DNA of 63,896 nucleotides, counting the filler, from an uncultured Myxococcia bacterium (lineage in GTDB: Bacteria > CAZTWC01), in NCBI GenBank assembly GCA_964617105.1. It is 4 parts of 4 records of this genome, joined end to end, with 100 filler letters (N's around TTAATTAATTAA, not from the genome) between each part and the next. Parts side by side here need not be neighbours in the genome. Positions count along the whole stretch, not along the records: positions 1 to 16,610 come from CAZTWC010000057.1; positions 16,711 to 33,315 come from CAZTWC010000058.1; 2 more parts are not named here. One strand, written 5' to 3'. Both the position numbers and the translations under genes were made by a program. Under the pieces are notes generated by a model. The model worked only from the letters and a program-made list of their open reading frames with translations, was not told the DNA's origin and made no database searches. This document shows, piece by piece, positions 10,576 through 19,602 of this stretch (positions are counted from its first letter, which is position 1; each line of letters starts with the position of its first letter).

Positions 10576-11727
10576 ATGGATATCCGGACAAAATATTTAG
10601 ACAAAATCAAGGGTAAAAGCGATTTTATCCTCGGTGACGAAGCAGTGGCCTGGGGAGCGGTTTATGCTGGCTGCAACTATTTCGGCGCCTACCCGATCAC
10701 CCCGGCCACCGAAGTGGCAGAGATGATTGCCAACTTGCTGCCCAGAGTGGGTGGCTATTTTATGCAGATGGAGGACGAAATCGCCTCAATCGGTGCGGTG
10801 ATTGGTGCTGTCTGGGCTGGTGGCAAAGCGATGACCGCCACTTCGGGACCAGGTTTTTCCCTGATGCAGGAGAATATTGGCTACGGGGTGATGACCGAAA
10901 CGCCCCTGGTGATTGTTAATGTGCAGCGCTCCGGCCCATCCACTGGTCAGGCGACTAAACCTGCCCAGGGTGATGTGATGCAAGCCCGCTGGGGAACCCA
11001 TGGCGACCATGAAATAATCGCCCTGAGTCCATCTTCGATTGAAGAGTGTTTCTATATGACTATCGAGGCCTTTAATTTGGCCGAGAAATACCGGAATCCG
11101 GTGATTATTTTGTTGGATGGCCTACTGGGCCATATCCGCGAGCCCTTTACCTTTCCCGCTCCTGACCAGATTGATGTGGAACCACGAAAACAAGCCCAAC
11201 CTGGAGAGTTATCTTTTGGCGGCAGCCAGGTTCCCCCCATGATGGAGATTGGCAGCAAAGGCTGCGTGCATATCACCGGCTCCACCCACCTGGAAAACGG
11301 GATCAGAGATGTGGTGACCGAATCTGTTCATCGCCGCCTGGTTACCCGGCTGGTCGATAAAATTGCCAGTCAGCGTGAACAGTTGACCAATGTGGAGAGC
11401 CTGAAGGCAGAGAACAGTCAATTTTTAGTGATATCCTATGGCTCCACCGCCCGCCCGGCCCGGGGAGCAGTGGAAAAAGCCCGGCAACAGGGGCTCGATG
11501 TAGGCTTTGTTCGTTTAAAGACTATCTGGCCTTTTCCGCAGGACTATATTAGGCAAGTGGCCAAAAACTGCCAGGCTGTTTTAGTGCCGGAGATGAATTT
11601 AGGTCAATTGAACCGGGAGATAGAGCGGTTTGTGTCATGTCCGGTGGTGCCCCTTTCCAAAATCGGTGGTATCGGCCATAATATCGAGGAGATTTTTCAG
11701 GGGATCAAAAAATTAATTAATAACTAG
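10576..11727 (+). CDS. korA: 2-oxoacid:ferredoxin oxidoreductase alpha subunit
   Basis: YPITPATE, QMEDEIA, TATSGPGFSLMQE, QRSGPSTG, WGTHGDH. Confidence 0.88.
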   Translation: MDIRTKYLDKIKGKSDFILGDEAVAWGAVYAGCNYFGAYPITPATEVAEMIANLLPRVGGYFMQMEDEIASIGAVIGAVWAGGKAMTATSGPGFSLMQENIGYGVMTETPLVIVNVQRSGPSTGQATKPAQGDVMQARWGTHGDHEIIALSPSSIEECFYMTIEAFNLAEKYRNPVIILLDGLLGHIREPFTFPAPDQIDVEPRKQAQPGELSFGGSQVPPMMEIGSKGCVHITGSTHLENGIRDVVTESVHRRLVTRLVDKIASQREQLTNVESLKAENSQFLVISYGSTARPARGAVEKARQQGLDVGFVRLKTIWPFPQDYIRQVAKNCQAVLVPEMNLGQLNREIERFVSCPVVPLSKIGGIGHNIEEIFQGIKKLINN

Positions 11728-11816
11728 TTCAACTAGTAGTTCGCGTTCAAGAAGTCCCTTTGTCGCGAGAATTTGGATGAACTTAGATGCGAATTAAAAA
11801 ATAGAAAGGTTACATA

Positions 11817-12677
11817 ATGGAGATGCAACCGAAAGAAAACCAGAAACGGACGCCCATCTTTAAGTACTTGCGGGAGGATATTTTTCCCACTATCTTTTGT
11901 CCGGGGTGTGGTGGTGGCACGGTGTTAAACTGTTACGCCAGGGCAGTAGACGAGTTGGGACTCGATCTCGATAAGATGGTATCTGTGACTGGCATCGGCT
12001 GTTCATCCTGGATAGTCAGCCCCTATTTCAAATGCGACACCCTGCACACTACCCATGGCCGGGCTATAGCATTTGCCTCGGGCGTTCAGGTTATGAAGCC
12101 AGAGATGTCCACGGTGGTAATAGCCGGTGATGGCGATATCTCCGGGATTGGGGGCAACCATTTGATCCATGCCGCCCGCCGCAATATCAACCTCAAGGTT
12201 TTTTTAGTCAACAACTTTATCTATGCCATGACCGGCGGGCAGGTGGCACCCACCACTCCCCATGGAGTTCGCACTTCCACCACTCCCTATAATAATATCG
12301 AGTACCCGTTAAACATCTCCGAAATGGTTATTGCCGCTGGCGCCAATTATGTGGCCCGGTGGACCACTTATCACGTCTTTAACCTGGTTAAGGCGATGAA
12401 AAAAGCCTTGACCAAAAAAGGGTTTTGCCTGGTGGAGATTATCTCCCAATGCCCCACTGCTTATGGAAAATATATTCGCATGAGGGAAGCGGCCGATTTT
12501 CTCAAAGAGTTTTCCGAAAAATCGGTGCCCATTAAAAAGGCTAGAAAAATGGAAGAGGAGCAGTTGGAGGACAAAATTGTGGTAGGAACTCTGGTGGAAC
12601 GGAATCGGGAGGATTTTGTCACTGGACTGCAGAACCTAAACCGCCAGGTGCAGGAGAAGGAAGGATTGAGCCAATGA
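11817..12677 (+). CDS. korB: 2-oxoacid:ferredoxin oxidoreductase beta subunit (TPP-binding)
   Basis: FCPGCG, GIGCSS, HTTHGRA, GDGD...NN, YAMTGGQVAPT, SQCPT. Confidence 0.9.
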   Translation: MEMQPKENQKRTPIFKYLREDIFPTIFCPGCGGGTVLNCYARAVDELGLDLDKMVSVTGIGCSSWIVSPYFKCDTLHTTHGRAIAFASGVQVMKPEMSTVVIAGDGDISGIGGNHLIHAARRNINLKVFLVNNFIYAMTGGQVAPTTPHGVRTSTTPYNNIEYPLNISEMVIAAGANYVARWTTYHVFNLVKAMKKALTKKGFCLVEIISQCPTAYGKYIRMREAADFLKEFSEKSVPIKKARKMEEEQLEDKIVVGTLVERNREDFVTGLQNLNRQVQEKEGLSQ

Positions 12678-13210
12678 GAATACGTTTTGCCGGATTTGGT
12701 GGGCAGGGGATTGTCCTGTCCGGTTTGATAATTGGAGCCGCAGCTGGTCTGGAGGGGAAAAATGTGGTTCAAAACCAATCTTATGGTTCATCCGCCCGGG
12801 GCGGGTCCTGCACTAGTGAAGTGAGCATCTCTGCCACTGAAATCTATGAGTTGGAACCAGAGGAGTTTGATATTTTGTGCGCCATGAGCCAGGAGTCCTA
12901 TGACTCCTTTAGCAATCAATTGGTGGAGGGAGGACACCTGTTTATCGATCCCTCTTTAGTGAAAATAAAAGAGGGCGATCAGGAGCGTTATAAAATCTAT
13001 AGCCTGCCGGTAACCGATATGGCTCAAAAGAGATTCAACAATAAAATGGTGGCCAATGTGATTATGTTGGGACTTATCAATTCTGTACTCAAAGTGGTAA
13101 AAAAAGAGCATATCCAGGAAAAAATTGGCCAATATGTTCCGGCCAAAACTATTGATCTAAATCTAGAAGCCTTGGACTGCGGTTATAAAGGCTTGACTTC
13201 TGAAAATTAA
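12674..13210 (+). CDS. korC: 2-oxoacid:ferredoxin oxidoreductase gamma subunit
   Basis: AGFGGQG, QSYGSSARGG, ANVIMLG. Confidence 0.88.
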   Translation: MRIRFAGFGGQGIVLSGLIIGAAAGLEGKNVVQNQSYGSSARGGSCTSEVSISATEIYELEPEEFDILCAMSQESYDSFSNQLVEGGHLFIDPSLVKIKEGDQERYKIYSLPVTDMAQKRFNNKMVANVIMLGLINSVLKVVKKEHIQEKIGQYVPAKTIDLNLEALDCGYKGLTSEN

Positions 13211-13240
13211 CCATAAATTCCTAGTTACGAGGAGGTAACC

Positions 13241-14455
13241 ATGAGTAATGGTCTTACAATGTTTCCAAAAGCCAGAATTCCTTACGGCACATGGGGGAGC
13301 AGTTTTTTCCCCGCCTGGCAGACGTCACCTTTGGCTGAAATTAATATCGGTCAGTTCGCCGGCGAGGCCATGGGTCGAATTCTGGGCCTGCGTAAGGTGC
13401 CCAAGAGTAAACTCGATTATTTGATAATCGGTTCGACTATACCCTGGCACTGGAAGTTCTGGACTGCACCCATGGTATCCAGTTGTATGGGGCAGCGGCT
13501 GGCCGGTTATCACATGGAACAGGCCTGCGCTACTGGATTACAGGCCACTATCCTGGCGGCCGCCGAGGTAGACAGCGGTGCCAATGATGTGGTTGGAGTT
13601 TTGACTTTTGACCGCACTTCTGACTCACCGGTGGGCGTTTTTCCAGAGCGCCGTTCCTATGAGCGCACTATTGCCATCGGCGATGTGTGGGACAATTTTG
13701 GTTTTGATCCAGCCACTGAAAATGCGATGATCGCCACCGCGGGCAACGCCTCCAGAAAGTATAAACTCAGCCGCCAGGAGGTGGATGAACTGGCATATTA
13801 TCGCTATCAGCAATATTTTCAGGCCAAAGAATCGGGCATTTTGGATCGGGTGTTGGTCCCGTTTGAGATAATGAGTGCTCAAGGTAAACCCATGGGAAAA
13901 GTTGATGATGATCTGGGCGTCAGGCAGATCTCCATGTCTGCCTTAAGTGCCATGTTTGAATTGGATACCTGCGTTACTGGTGGCGGCCAGACTCATGCTT
14001 CGGATGGTATGGCCACCCTGTTGGTAACCACCCCGGAAAAGGCGGCGGAGTTAAGTCCCCGCCCAGAGATTGATATCAGTTTTATCGCCAAATGCGAAAT
14101 TCGGGTCGAACCATGCTATATGCCGGAGGCGCCGGCTAAAGCGGTGATGAAAATATTAGATCGAACCGGCTTGACTATGGACGATATGAAGGTGGTAAAA
14201 AATCACAACCCCTTTGCAGTAAACGATGCTATTTTTGCCAAACTGCTGAATTATGATTGGCACAAGATGAACAATACCGGCTGCCCGCTGGTCTGGGGCC
14301 ATCCCCAGGGACCGACCCTGACCAGAGTTGTAATCGAAGCCTTGGAAGAGGCGGTGGATTTGGGCGGTGGATATGTTTTGGTATTTGGCTGTGCAGCCGG
14401 GGATGTTGGCATTGCCGCTATTTTAAAAGTCGAAGAAGGAGGTACCAGGTCATGA
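13241..14455 (+). CDS. Thiolase (HNPF-type)
   Basis: QACATG nucleophile, HASDG, NHNPFA, WGHPQG, GCAAGDVG. Confidence 0.85.
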   Translation: MSNGLTMFPKARIPYGTWGSSFFPAWQTSPLAEINIGQFAGEAMGRILGLRKVPKSKLDYLIIGSTIPWHWKFWTAPMVSSCMGQRLAGYHMEQACATGLQATILAAAEVDSGANDVVGVLTFDRTSDSPVGVFPERRSYERTIAIGDVWDNFGFDPATENAMIATAGNASRKYKLSRQEVDELAYYRYQQYFQAKESGILDRVLVPFEIMSAQGKPMGKVDDDLGVRQISMSALSAMFELDTCVTGGGQTHASDGMATLLVTTPEKAAELSPRPEIDISFIAKCEIRVEPCYMPEAPAKAVMKILDRTGLTMDDMKVVKNHNPFAVNDAIFAKLLNYDWHKMNNTGCPLVWGHPQGPTLTRVVIEALEEAVDLGGGYVLVFGCAAGDVGIAAILKVEEGGTRS

Positions 14456-16539
14456 TGAAAACGATGAGACAACCAACCCTGGAAACTATGGGGCTGGGTA
14501 CTGTTTTGGAAATATTTAAAAATGGAAAATTGCCAAAAACCACATCCGAGTTAGTGGATGAAGTTTTTGGTCCAGCCGGAAATCGCGGCAGCCTGATTAT
14601 CTCTGGAGCCAATGGTATTGTCGGAGCAGGTAAATCGATGCAGTTCGGCACCCGTTTGCAACCCTATGATGTGCCCATAATCGCTCTCGATTTTCCTGGC
14701 GCCACCAATGGGATTGGTCAGCAGTACCAGGGTCTGGTCCGGGGTTTTGGTGCCGAACGGGCCACCGCTGTAATGAAGAATATTACTCAAATGTCCTATG
14801 ACGGCAAAACTCTGCCCGCCAAACTTAAAGATTATAATCCCCGCTTTTTGCTGGAGGCGATTCCAGAGATACTGGAGATCAAAAAGGATCACTATAAGAT
14901 TTTTCAAGATGCCTTTGAGGGGATCGAGATTCGTTCGGTCACCTCTGGTTTCCCCAAGTCTCAACTGGGAGTAGGCATTGCCCACCCCGCTTTTCCCCAT
15001 GAGATCAACAAGATTTGGGAAATAGTTGAAGATAAACCCTCGGCCATAACTCAGCTGCTATGGTCATTGGGGATGATCCCCCTCAAAGTGAGCGATGACT
15101 GGTCCTTTGTGCTGGATGTGCTGTTCTGTGGTATCACGCTGGCGGGAACCCGCTATCACCATGCCACCAATATGCCCTATTGGAAAATCGACAAATTTGT
15201 CCGCAAAATGTTTGGGCCCAATCCCTTTAGGGCTCACGATGCCATCGGTGCTCAGGGAGCCAATTTCCTCACCTGGTCATGTCTCCATCATTTGAGCAAA
15301 GTCTATGGCGATCTCTTTACCCCCACCAGAGAAATGGAGGAGCGGAAAGATAGCGGCCAAAATTGGTATCCCCTCAATCATTTCCGGCCGCTGGTCAACT
15401 GGCCTCTGGAGGATGATGATTTAGATGATTTCGAAGCCTGGATTCTTGGCCCCATATTCCAGATGGCAAGTTTGATGCTATCGGAAAAACGGGCTCACTT
15501 GACCAATATGAACGCCATCGGTGAACTCTGCGCCCAGTTTACCAAAGGTATTGTGGCCCTCACCCGCGATTATGGCTACGATTCTATTATGAAAGTGGTC
15601 AACGCTTATCATAAGTTTCATCCTGAGGCTGCCCAAAAAGCTTGGTACCCGGCGGTATTCGAAAATATGGGCCAGCCCGAGTGGCAACAGTTATATGTCA
15701 ATGCCGAGCACGATGGCCAGGCGGGCGTTTTAACCATTAGCAGGGAGAGTTACAATTGGGAGTTGGATGCTGAACTTAACCGGGCCATCGATTGGCTGAA
15801 GGCGGAAGGGATTAAACAGGTAATCGTGAGTGGTGATTTTCATCTCTCCACCCAAATGGTGGGAGCAGACACCACTGATTTCTATCCAGCCTTTACCGAT
15901 GCTCAAATGGCCCTTAAAATACCGGAGAGTTGGTCAAAAACTGCCCGGCGTCTGTATAATGAATTTGAAGTTTCAGTTGGAGTGGTAACCGGCAAACGCT
16001 GTTTGGGCGGCTTTTTAGAGTTGATGACCCACTGTCACTATCTGCTGGCTGACCAGAACGCCAGCCTGGGGATGCCGGAGGTTACCCTGCCGGTAGTGCC
16101 GGGCATGGAGGGATGTCACTGGCCATTAAGAAAGGCGGCCAAAGAGAACTGGCCAAAACTGTTTAACCTCTTGCTGACTGGTAAACCGGTCAGGGCCAAA
16201 GATGCAGTTGGTTGGCTAGTCGATTATGCCGGCTCCATGGAAGATACACTGCAGACCGCCTGGAAAATCGTCAGCGATAAGGGCCACGGTTTGCCCTTGC
16301 GCAAAGTGGAAGAGGGGCCATTGTCCGGGCTTCCCGATATTGGCAGCCTGGAGGCGGCTGATGATCCCGCTATGGAGAAAGCCAGAAAAGCGATATTTGA
16401 TACCATATGTGCCTCTACCGGTACTAAACTGTCAGATGCACTGGATGTTCAGGCTAAATGTTCGGCCGATTTTATGCAGAGTAAACATTGTCTTAATGGT
16501 GTTATTGGCGCTATGTATAAGAAAACCACTAGGGTGTAA
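14452..16539 (+). CDS. 3-hydroxyacyl-CoA dehydrogenase-like / enoyl-CoA hydratase-like fusion
   Basis: N-terminal Rossmann GANGIVG, LEAIPEILEIKK, SVTSG, HPAFPH..WEIV; C-terminal crotonase CLGGFLEL, GMPEVTLPVVPG. ATGA overlap with thiolase. Confidence 0.75.
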   Translation: MMKTMRQPTLETMGLGTVLEIFKNGKLPKTTSELVDEVFGPAGNRGSLIISGANGIVGAGKSMQFGTRLQPYDVPIIALDFPGATNGIGQQYQGLVRGFGAERATAVMKNITQMSYDGKTLPAKLKDYNPRFLLEAIPEILEIKKDHYKIFQDAFEGIEIRSVTSGFPKSQLGVGIAHPAFPHEINKIWEIVEDKPSAITQLLWSLGMIPLKVSDDWSFVLDVLFCGITLAGTRYHHATNMPYWKIDKFVRKMFGPNPFRAHDAIGAQGANFLTWSCLHHLSKVYGDLFTPTREMEERKDSGQNWYPLNHFRPLVNWPLEDDDLDDFEAWILGPIFQMASLMLSEKRAHLTNMNAIGELCAQFTKGIVALTRDYGYDSIMKVVNAYHKFHPEAAQKAWYPAVFENMGQPEWQQLYVNAEHDGQAGVLTISRESYNWELDAELNRAIDWLKAEGIKQVIVSGDFHLSTQMVGADTTDFYPAFTDAQMALKIPESWSKTARRLYNEFEVSVGVVTGKRCLGGFLELMTHCHYLLADQNASLGMPEVTLPVVPGMEGCHWPLRKAAKENWPKLFNLLLTGKPVRAKDAVGWLVDYAGSMEDTLQTAWKIVSDKGHGLPLRKVEEGPLSGLPDIGSLEAADDPAMEKARKAIFDTICASTGTKLSDALDVQAKCSADFMQSKHCLNGVIGAMYKKTTRV

Positions 16540-16544
16540 TAGTC

Positions 16545-16599
16545 GGGCGACGATTGCGGCGCATCTGCGTTGTTGCCGGTGTCAATTAAATCCTCGACG
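16545..16599 (+). repeat. Dispersed REP/MITE-like element, copy 1 (at contig end)
   Basis: GGGCGACGATTGCGGCGCATCTGCGTTGTTGCC-N11-AATCCTCGACG, matching 63842-63896. Confidence 0.85.
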
Positions 16600-16610
16600 T
16601 ATTATTCATA

Positions 16611-16710
16611 NNNNNNNNNNNNNNNNNNNNNNNNNNNNNNNNNNNNNNNNNNNNTTAATTAATTAANNNNNNNNNNNNNNNNNNNNNNNNNNNNNNNNNN
16701 NNNNNNNNNN
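16611..16710. other. Artificial contig linker
   Basis: N44-TTAATTAATTAA-N44 (stops in all six frames). Confidence 0.97.
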
Positions 16711-18405
16711 ATCGAACTTATCCGCTTTGGCAAGAAAATTGGCTATCATGCAATTCAAACTATAACCAATGGCCGCCTGTTCAGTTACCAGGCTTTTCTT
16801 ACTCAATGTATAGAGGCTGGTTTGAGCGAGATCACCTTTTCTCTCCATGGACATAATCCGGCTTTGCATGATTATTTGACCGGTGTACCCGGATCATTCA
16901 AACAAGCGCTGCAAGGACTTGATAATGTTCTTAAAGATAACCGGGTCATTGTCAACATTGATATTTGCATCAACCGTCAAAATATCCCATTTTTGCCAGA
17001 GATATTGGCCTTTTTTCATAACCGGGGGGTAAATGAGTTTGATCTCCTCTTTCCTGTCCCCTTTGGCAGTGCCTGGCAGGGGCACAACCGAGCCAAAATC
17101 TTTTACCCAATCCAGGATTATTGCCAACCCATTAATGCTGCCATAAACCTGGCTAAAGAGAACCATTTTCAAATCTGGTTTAATCGTTTCCCCCCCCCAT
17201 ATCTGGAGGGTAACGAAGATTTGATCCAGAGTCCGCTCAAATTGCGGGATGAGGTGCGAGGGCGTTTTGAAGAGTTAAATTTCTGGCTGCAAAGAGGAAT
17301 TACCATTAGTTGCTGTCAGGAGGAGCGCTGTGAGCACTGCTATATCCAAAATTTCTGTCAATACCTAAAAACTATACGCAGCCAATATCTTAACCAGGAG
17401 ATTGATGGGATAAAAATCGATCTCAGGCAATCTGAACAAAATGGAATGGACCTTAATCAATACCAGTATAAATACCTCTGGCTAAAGGCAAAAAATCTCC
17501 AACAACTAACAGATATAATTGTTGGCTTTGATTTGACCGATTCAAATTCAAAACTTATCTTCCAACTTGATGATTACACCGGCTTTTGTCAACTGCTGCA
17601 CCATTTTCCCATAGATATTGCCAGACTGGAGCGGGTTTACCTGTCCAAAAAAAGTGATATTGAAACCTTGCTGTCTAAAAACAACGATATTGAATTATTG
17701 CTGTCAAAAAATCCAAACTTTAGGTTATATATTTTTCTCAGTCAAGCAACTGCCGATTTTTTTCAAAAGGGACCTGGCTCAGAACAGTTACCCCTGGTGC
17801 GAAATGGATCAGGCCAAAAACAGTTGCCTCTAGTGCTGGTAAAGAGAAATTCCCTGGATACCCAGGGCTACAATTGCTTTGACCTTAACCAATTTTTCCA
17901 AAATCACTCCTTCTCCAGTCTGGCCACTGAAAATATCCCTCCCTGTATTGGCGGAAAAATCCCCCATAAACGCCTGAACATTTTAGATAGTTCTATTTTA
18001 GCAGGGAAAAGCAATGATCTGAGCGAAAAAGAGAAATCCGCGGTAACTGAAACCAGTAATGACCAAAATAAAAAACCAATCACCGTGGGCGACCCCGCTT
18101 TTTTAAAGGGTATGAGAAAATTTGGCTCCAAATACAGCCCAGAGATGCTTAGTAAAAATCGGTTTGCCCCCCTTGATCTGTTTGCCTTAACCGAGCAATA
18201 TATTGGAGAGCATTACTACAGTAAAAGTATTCGCTGTCAAACCTGTAGTTATAATAATCAATGTGAAGGAATGCATATATCGTATATTAGCAAGATGGGC
18301 TATAAGGTGCTTCAGCCAGAACCAAGAAATTCGAGCACGGATGACAAACGTCCGTCCGAACGTCTAGAGAATTTGGATTTAGCCGAATTCGAACAGGATA
18401 GATAA
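16711..18405 (+). CDS. Radical SAM protein, 5'-truncated by contig edge
   Basis: Frame open from 16711 (IELIRFGKKIGYHAIQTITNGRLFSY...EITFSLHGHNPALHDYLTGVPGSFKQAL), a radical SAM barrel pattern; auxiliary Cys motifs CEHCYIQNFC and CQTCSYNNQCEG. The CxxxCxxC motif would lie beyond the edge. Confidence 0.75.
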   Translation: MELIRFGKKIGYHAIQTITNGRLFSYQAFLTQCIEAGLSEITFSLHGHNPALHDYLTGVPGSFKQALQGLDNVLKDNRVIVNIDICINRQNIPFLPEILAFFHNRGVNEFDLLFPVPFGSAWQGHNRAKIFYPIQDYCQPINAAINLAKENHFQIWFNRFPPPYLEGNEDLIQSPLKLRDEVRGRFEELNFWLQRGITISCCQEERCEHCYIQNFCQYLKTIRSQYLNQEIDGIKIDLRQSEQNGMDLNQYQYKYLWLKAKNLQQLTDIIVGFDLTDSNSKLIFQLDDYTGFCQLLHHFPIDIARLERVYLSKKSDIETLLSKNNDIELLLSKNPNFRLYIFLSQATADFFQKGPGSEQLPLVRNGSGQKQLPLVLVKRNSLDTQGYNCFDLNQFFQNHSFSSLATENIPPCIGGKIPHKRLNILDSSILAGKSNDLSEKEKSAVTETSNDQNKKPITVGDPAFLKGMRKFGSKYSPEMLSKNRFAPLDLFALTEQYIGEHYYSKSIRCQTCSYNNQCEGMHISYISKMGYKVLQPEPRNSSTDDKRPSERLENLDLAEFEQDR

Positions 18406-19341
18406 ATGGCCAATATCGGTTACATACAGGTGGTGGGTTACTGTAATCATACCTGTGGCTTTTGTTCTTGTAACGGCACTACTGAACGCCATAGTGTTGA
18501 TGAAGTCAAATATATTATAGGTGATTTTGCCCAGCGAAACTACTTTGGCATTGTCTTGACCGGCGGTGAGCCAACCCTGCATCCCGATCTTCCCTTAATG
18601 GTAAAATATGGCCGGCAGCAGGGGCTCCATGTGCGCATCATCTCCAATGGAAAAACTTTGGCAGACCCAGATTACGCCAGAATACTTGGAGATGCGGGGC
18701 TGCAACTGGTCCACATCTCCATCTATTCTGTCCGGGCAGAAATTGAACGCCAATTGAGAGGAGTTGAAGGATCCATTGACCTGGCCTGCAGAGCCATTGA
18801 AAACTGTCACCAACAGGGGATAGATGTCCAGATAAATACGGTAATCAACAAGTTAAACGCCAATCACCTGGAGGAGAATGTCAGTTTTCTGGTCCAGAAG
18901 TACCCCTTTTTAAATCACTTTGTCTGGAATAATATTGACCCCTCTATGGGCAAAGCAGTAGATACCAAAGAGCGCTATCTCTCCAGCCTGGCAGATATGG
19001 AGTTATCACTCTATAACTCGCTTAAATTTTTAGATGAAAGCAACCGGACCTTTCGGGTAGAGAAAGTACCTCTCTGTTATATGACCGATTATGCCTGGGC
19101 CAGCACAGAAACCCGCAAAATTGTCAAAGAAGAGGAGCGGATAGTCCATTTTATCTTCAACCGCGACACCATTCGCCAGCGAAAGTGGGAATACCGCCAC
19201 TACGAACCCTGTGAGATCTGTCATCTAAACACTATCTGCGCCGGACTTTACCATCGAGGCGAGGGCTATGACCCAACCGAGTTGCACCCCCTGTTTATCC
19301 CGACGGCTCCGATAGTTGATAAGATTTTAAAGTTATGTTGA
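18406..19341 (+). CDS. Radical SAM protein with C-terminal Cys-rich auxiliary motif
   Basis: CNHTCGFC, LTGGEPTLHP, ISNG, VPLCYM, CEICHLNTICAG. Confidence 0.9.
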   Translation: MANIGYIQVVGYCNHTCGFCSCNGTTERHSVDEVKYIIGDFAQRNYFGIVLTGGEPTLHPDLPLMVKYGRQQGLHVRIISNGKTLADPDYARILGDAGLQLVHISIYSVRAEIERQLRGVEGSIDLACRAIENCHQQGIDVQINTVINKLNANHLEENVSFLVQKYPFLNHFVWNNIDPSMGKAVDTKERYLSSLADMELSLYNSLKFLDESNRTFRVEKVPLCYMTDYAWASTETRKIVKEEERIVHFIFNRDTIRQRKWEYRHYEPCEICHLNTICAGLYHRGEGYDPTELHPLFIPTAPIVDKILKLC

Positions 19342-19355
19342 TTGCCAGATCACAT

Positions 19356-19392
19356 TTGACTTACACATTCTTATGTGTTAACATTTGTGTAA
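19356..19392 (+). promoter_or_regulatory. Sigma70 promoter and palindromic operator of vapBC
   Basis: TTGACT-17-TAACAT; ACACAT-TCTT-ATGTGT palindrome in the spacer and outer TTACACA...TGTGTAA inverted repeat. Confidence 0.65.
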
Positions 19393-19398
19393 AAGGAG

Positions 19399-19602
19399 AT
19401 GTTCATGGCAACCAATTTAGCATTAGACGATAGTTTAATAGTAAAAGCTCAAAAAATCGGGCAGCACAAAACCAAAAAAGAAGCAGTTACTGCAGCGTTA
19501 AAAGAATACATTGCCCGCAAAAAACAATTAGAAATAATTGATTTATTTGGTACTATAGATTTTGATGAGAGTTTTGATTATAAAAAGGCTCGAAAAAGAT
19601 GA
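19399..19602 (+). CDS. vapB: VapB-type (RHH) antitoxin
   Basis: MATNLALDDSLI...KTKKEAVTAALKEYI; ATGA overlap with a PIN-domain gene. Confidence 0.85.
   Translation: MFMATNLALDDSLIVKAQKIGQHKTKKEAVTAALKEYIARKKQLEIIDLFGTIDFDESFDYKKARKR

Noticed and set aside
11740-11795. Imperfect inverted repeat between korA and korB
   Set aside because: Too many mismatches, single copy in the window and no U-tract; cannot call it a terminator or REP.
14257-14451. N-terminal extension of the HADH-ECH ORF
   Set aside because: Overlaps the thiolase; RBS and ATGA coupling point to 14452.
17190-17198. C9 tract as a phase-variation site
   Set aside because: In frame and encodes a plausible FPPP; no evidence of length variation without reads.
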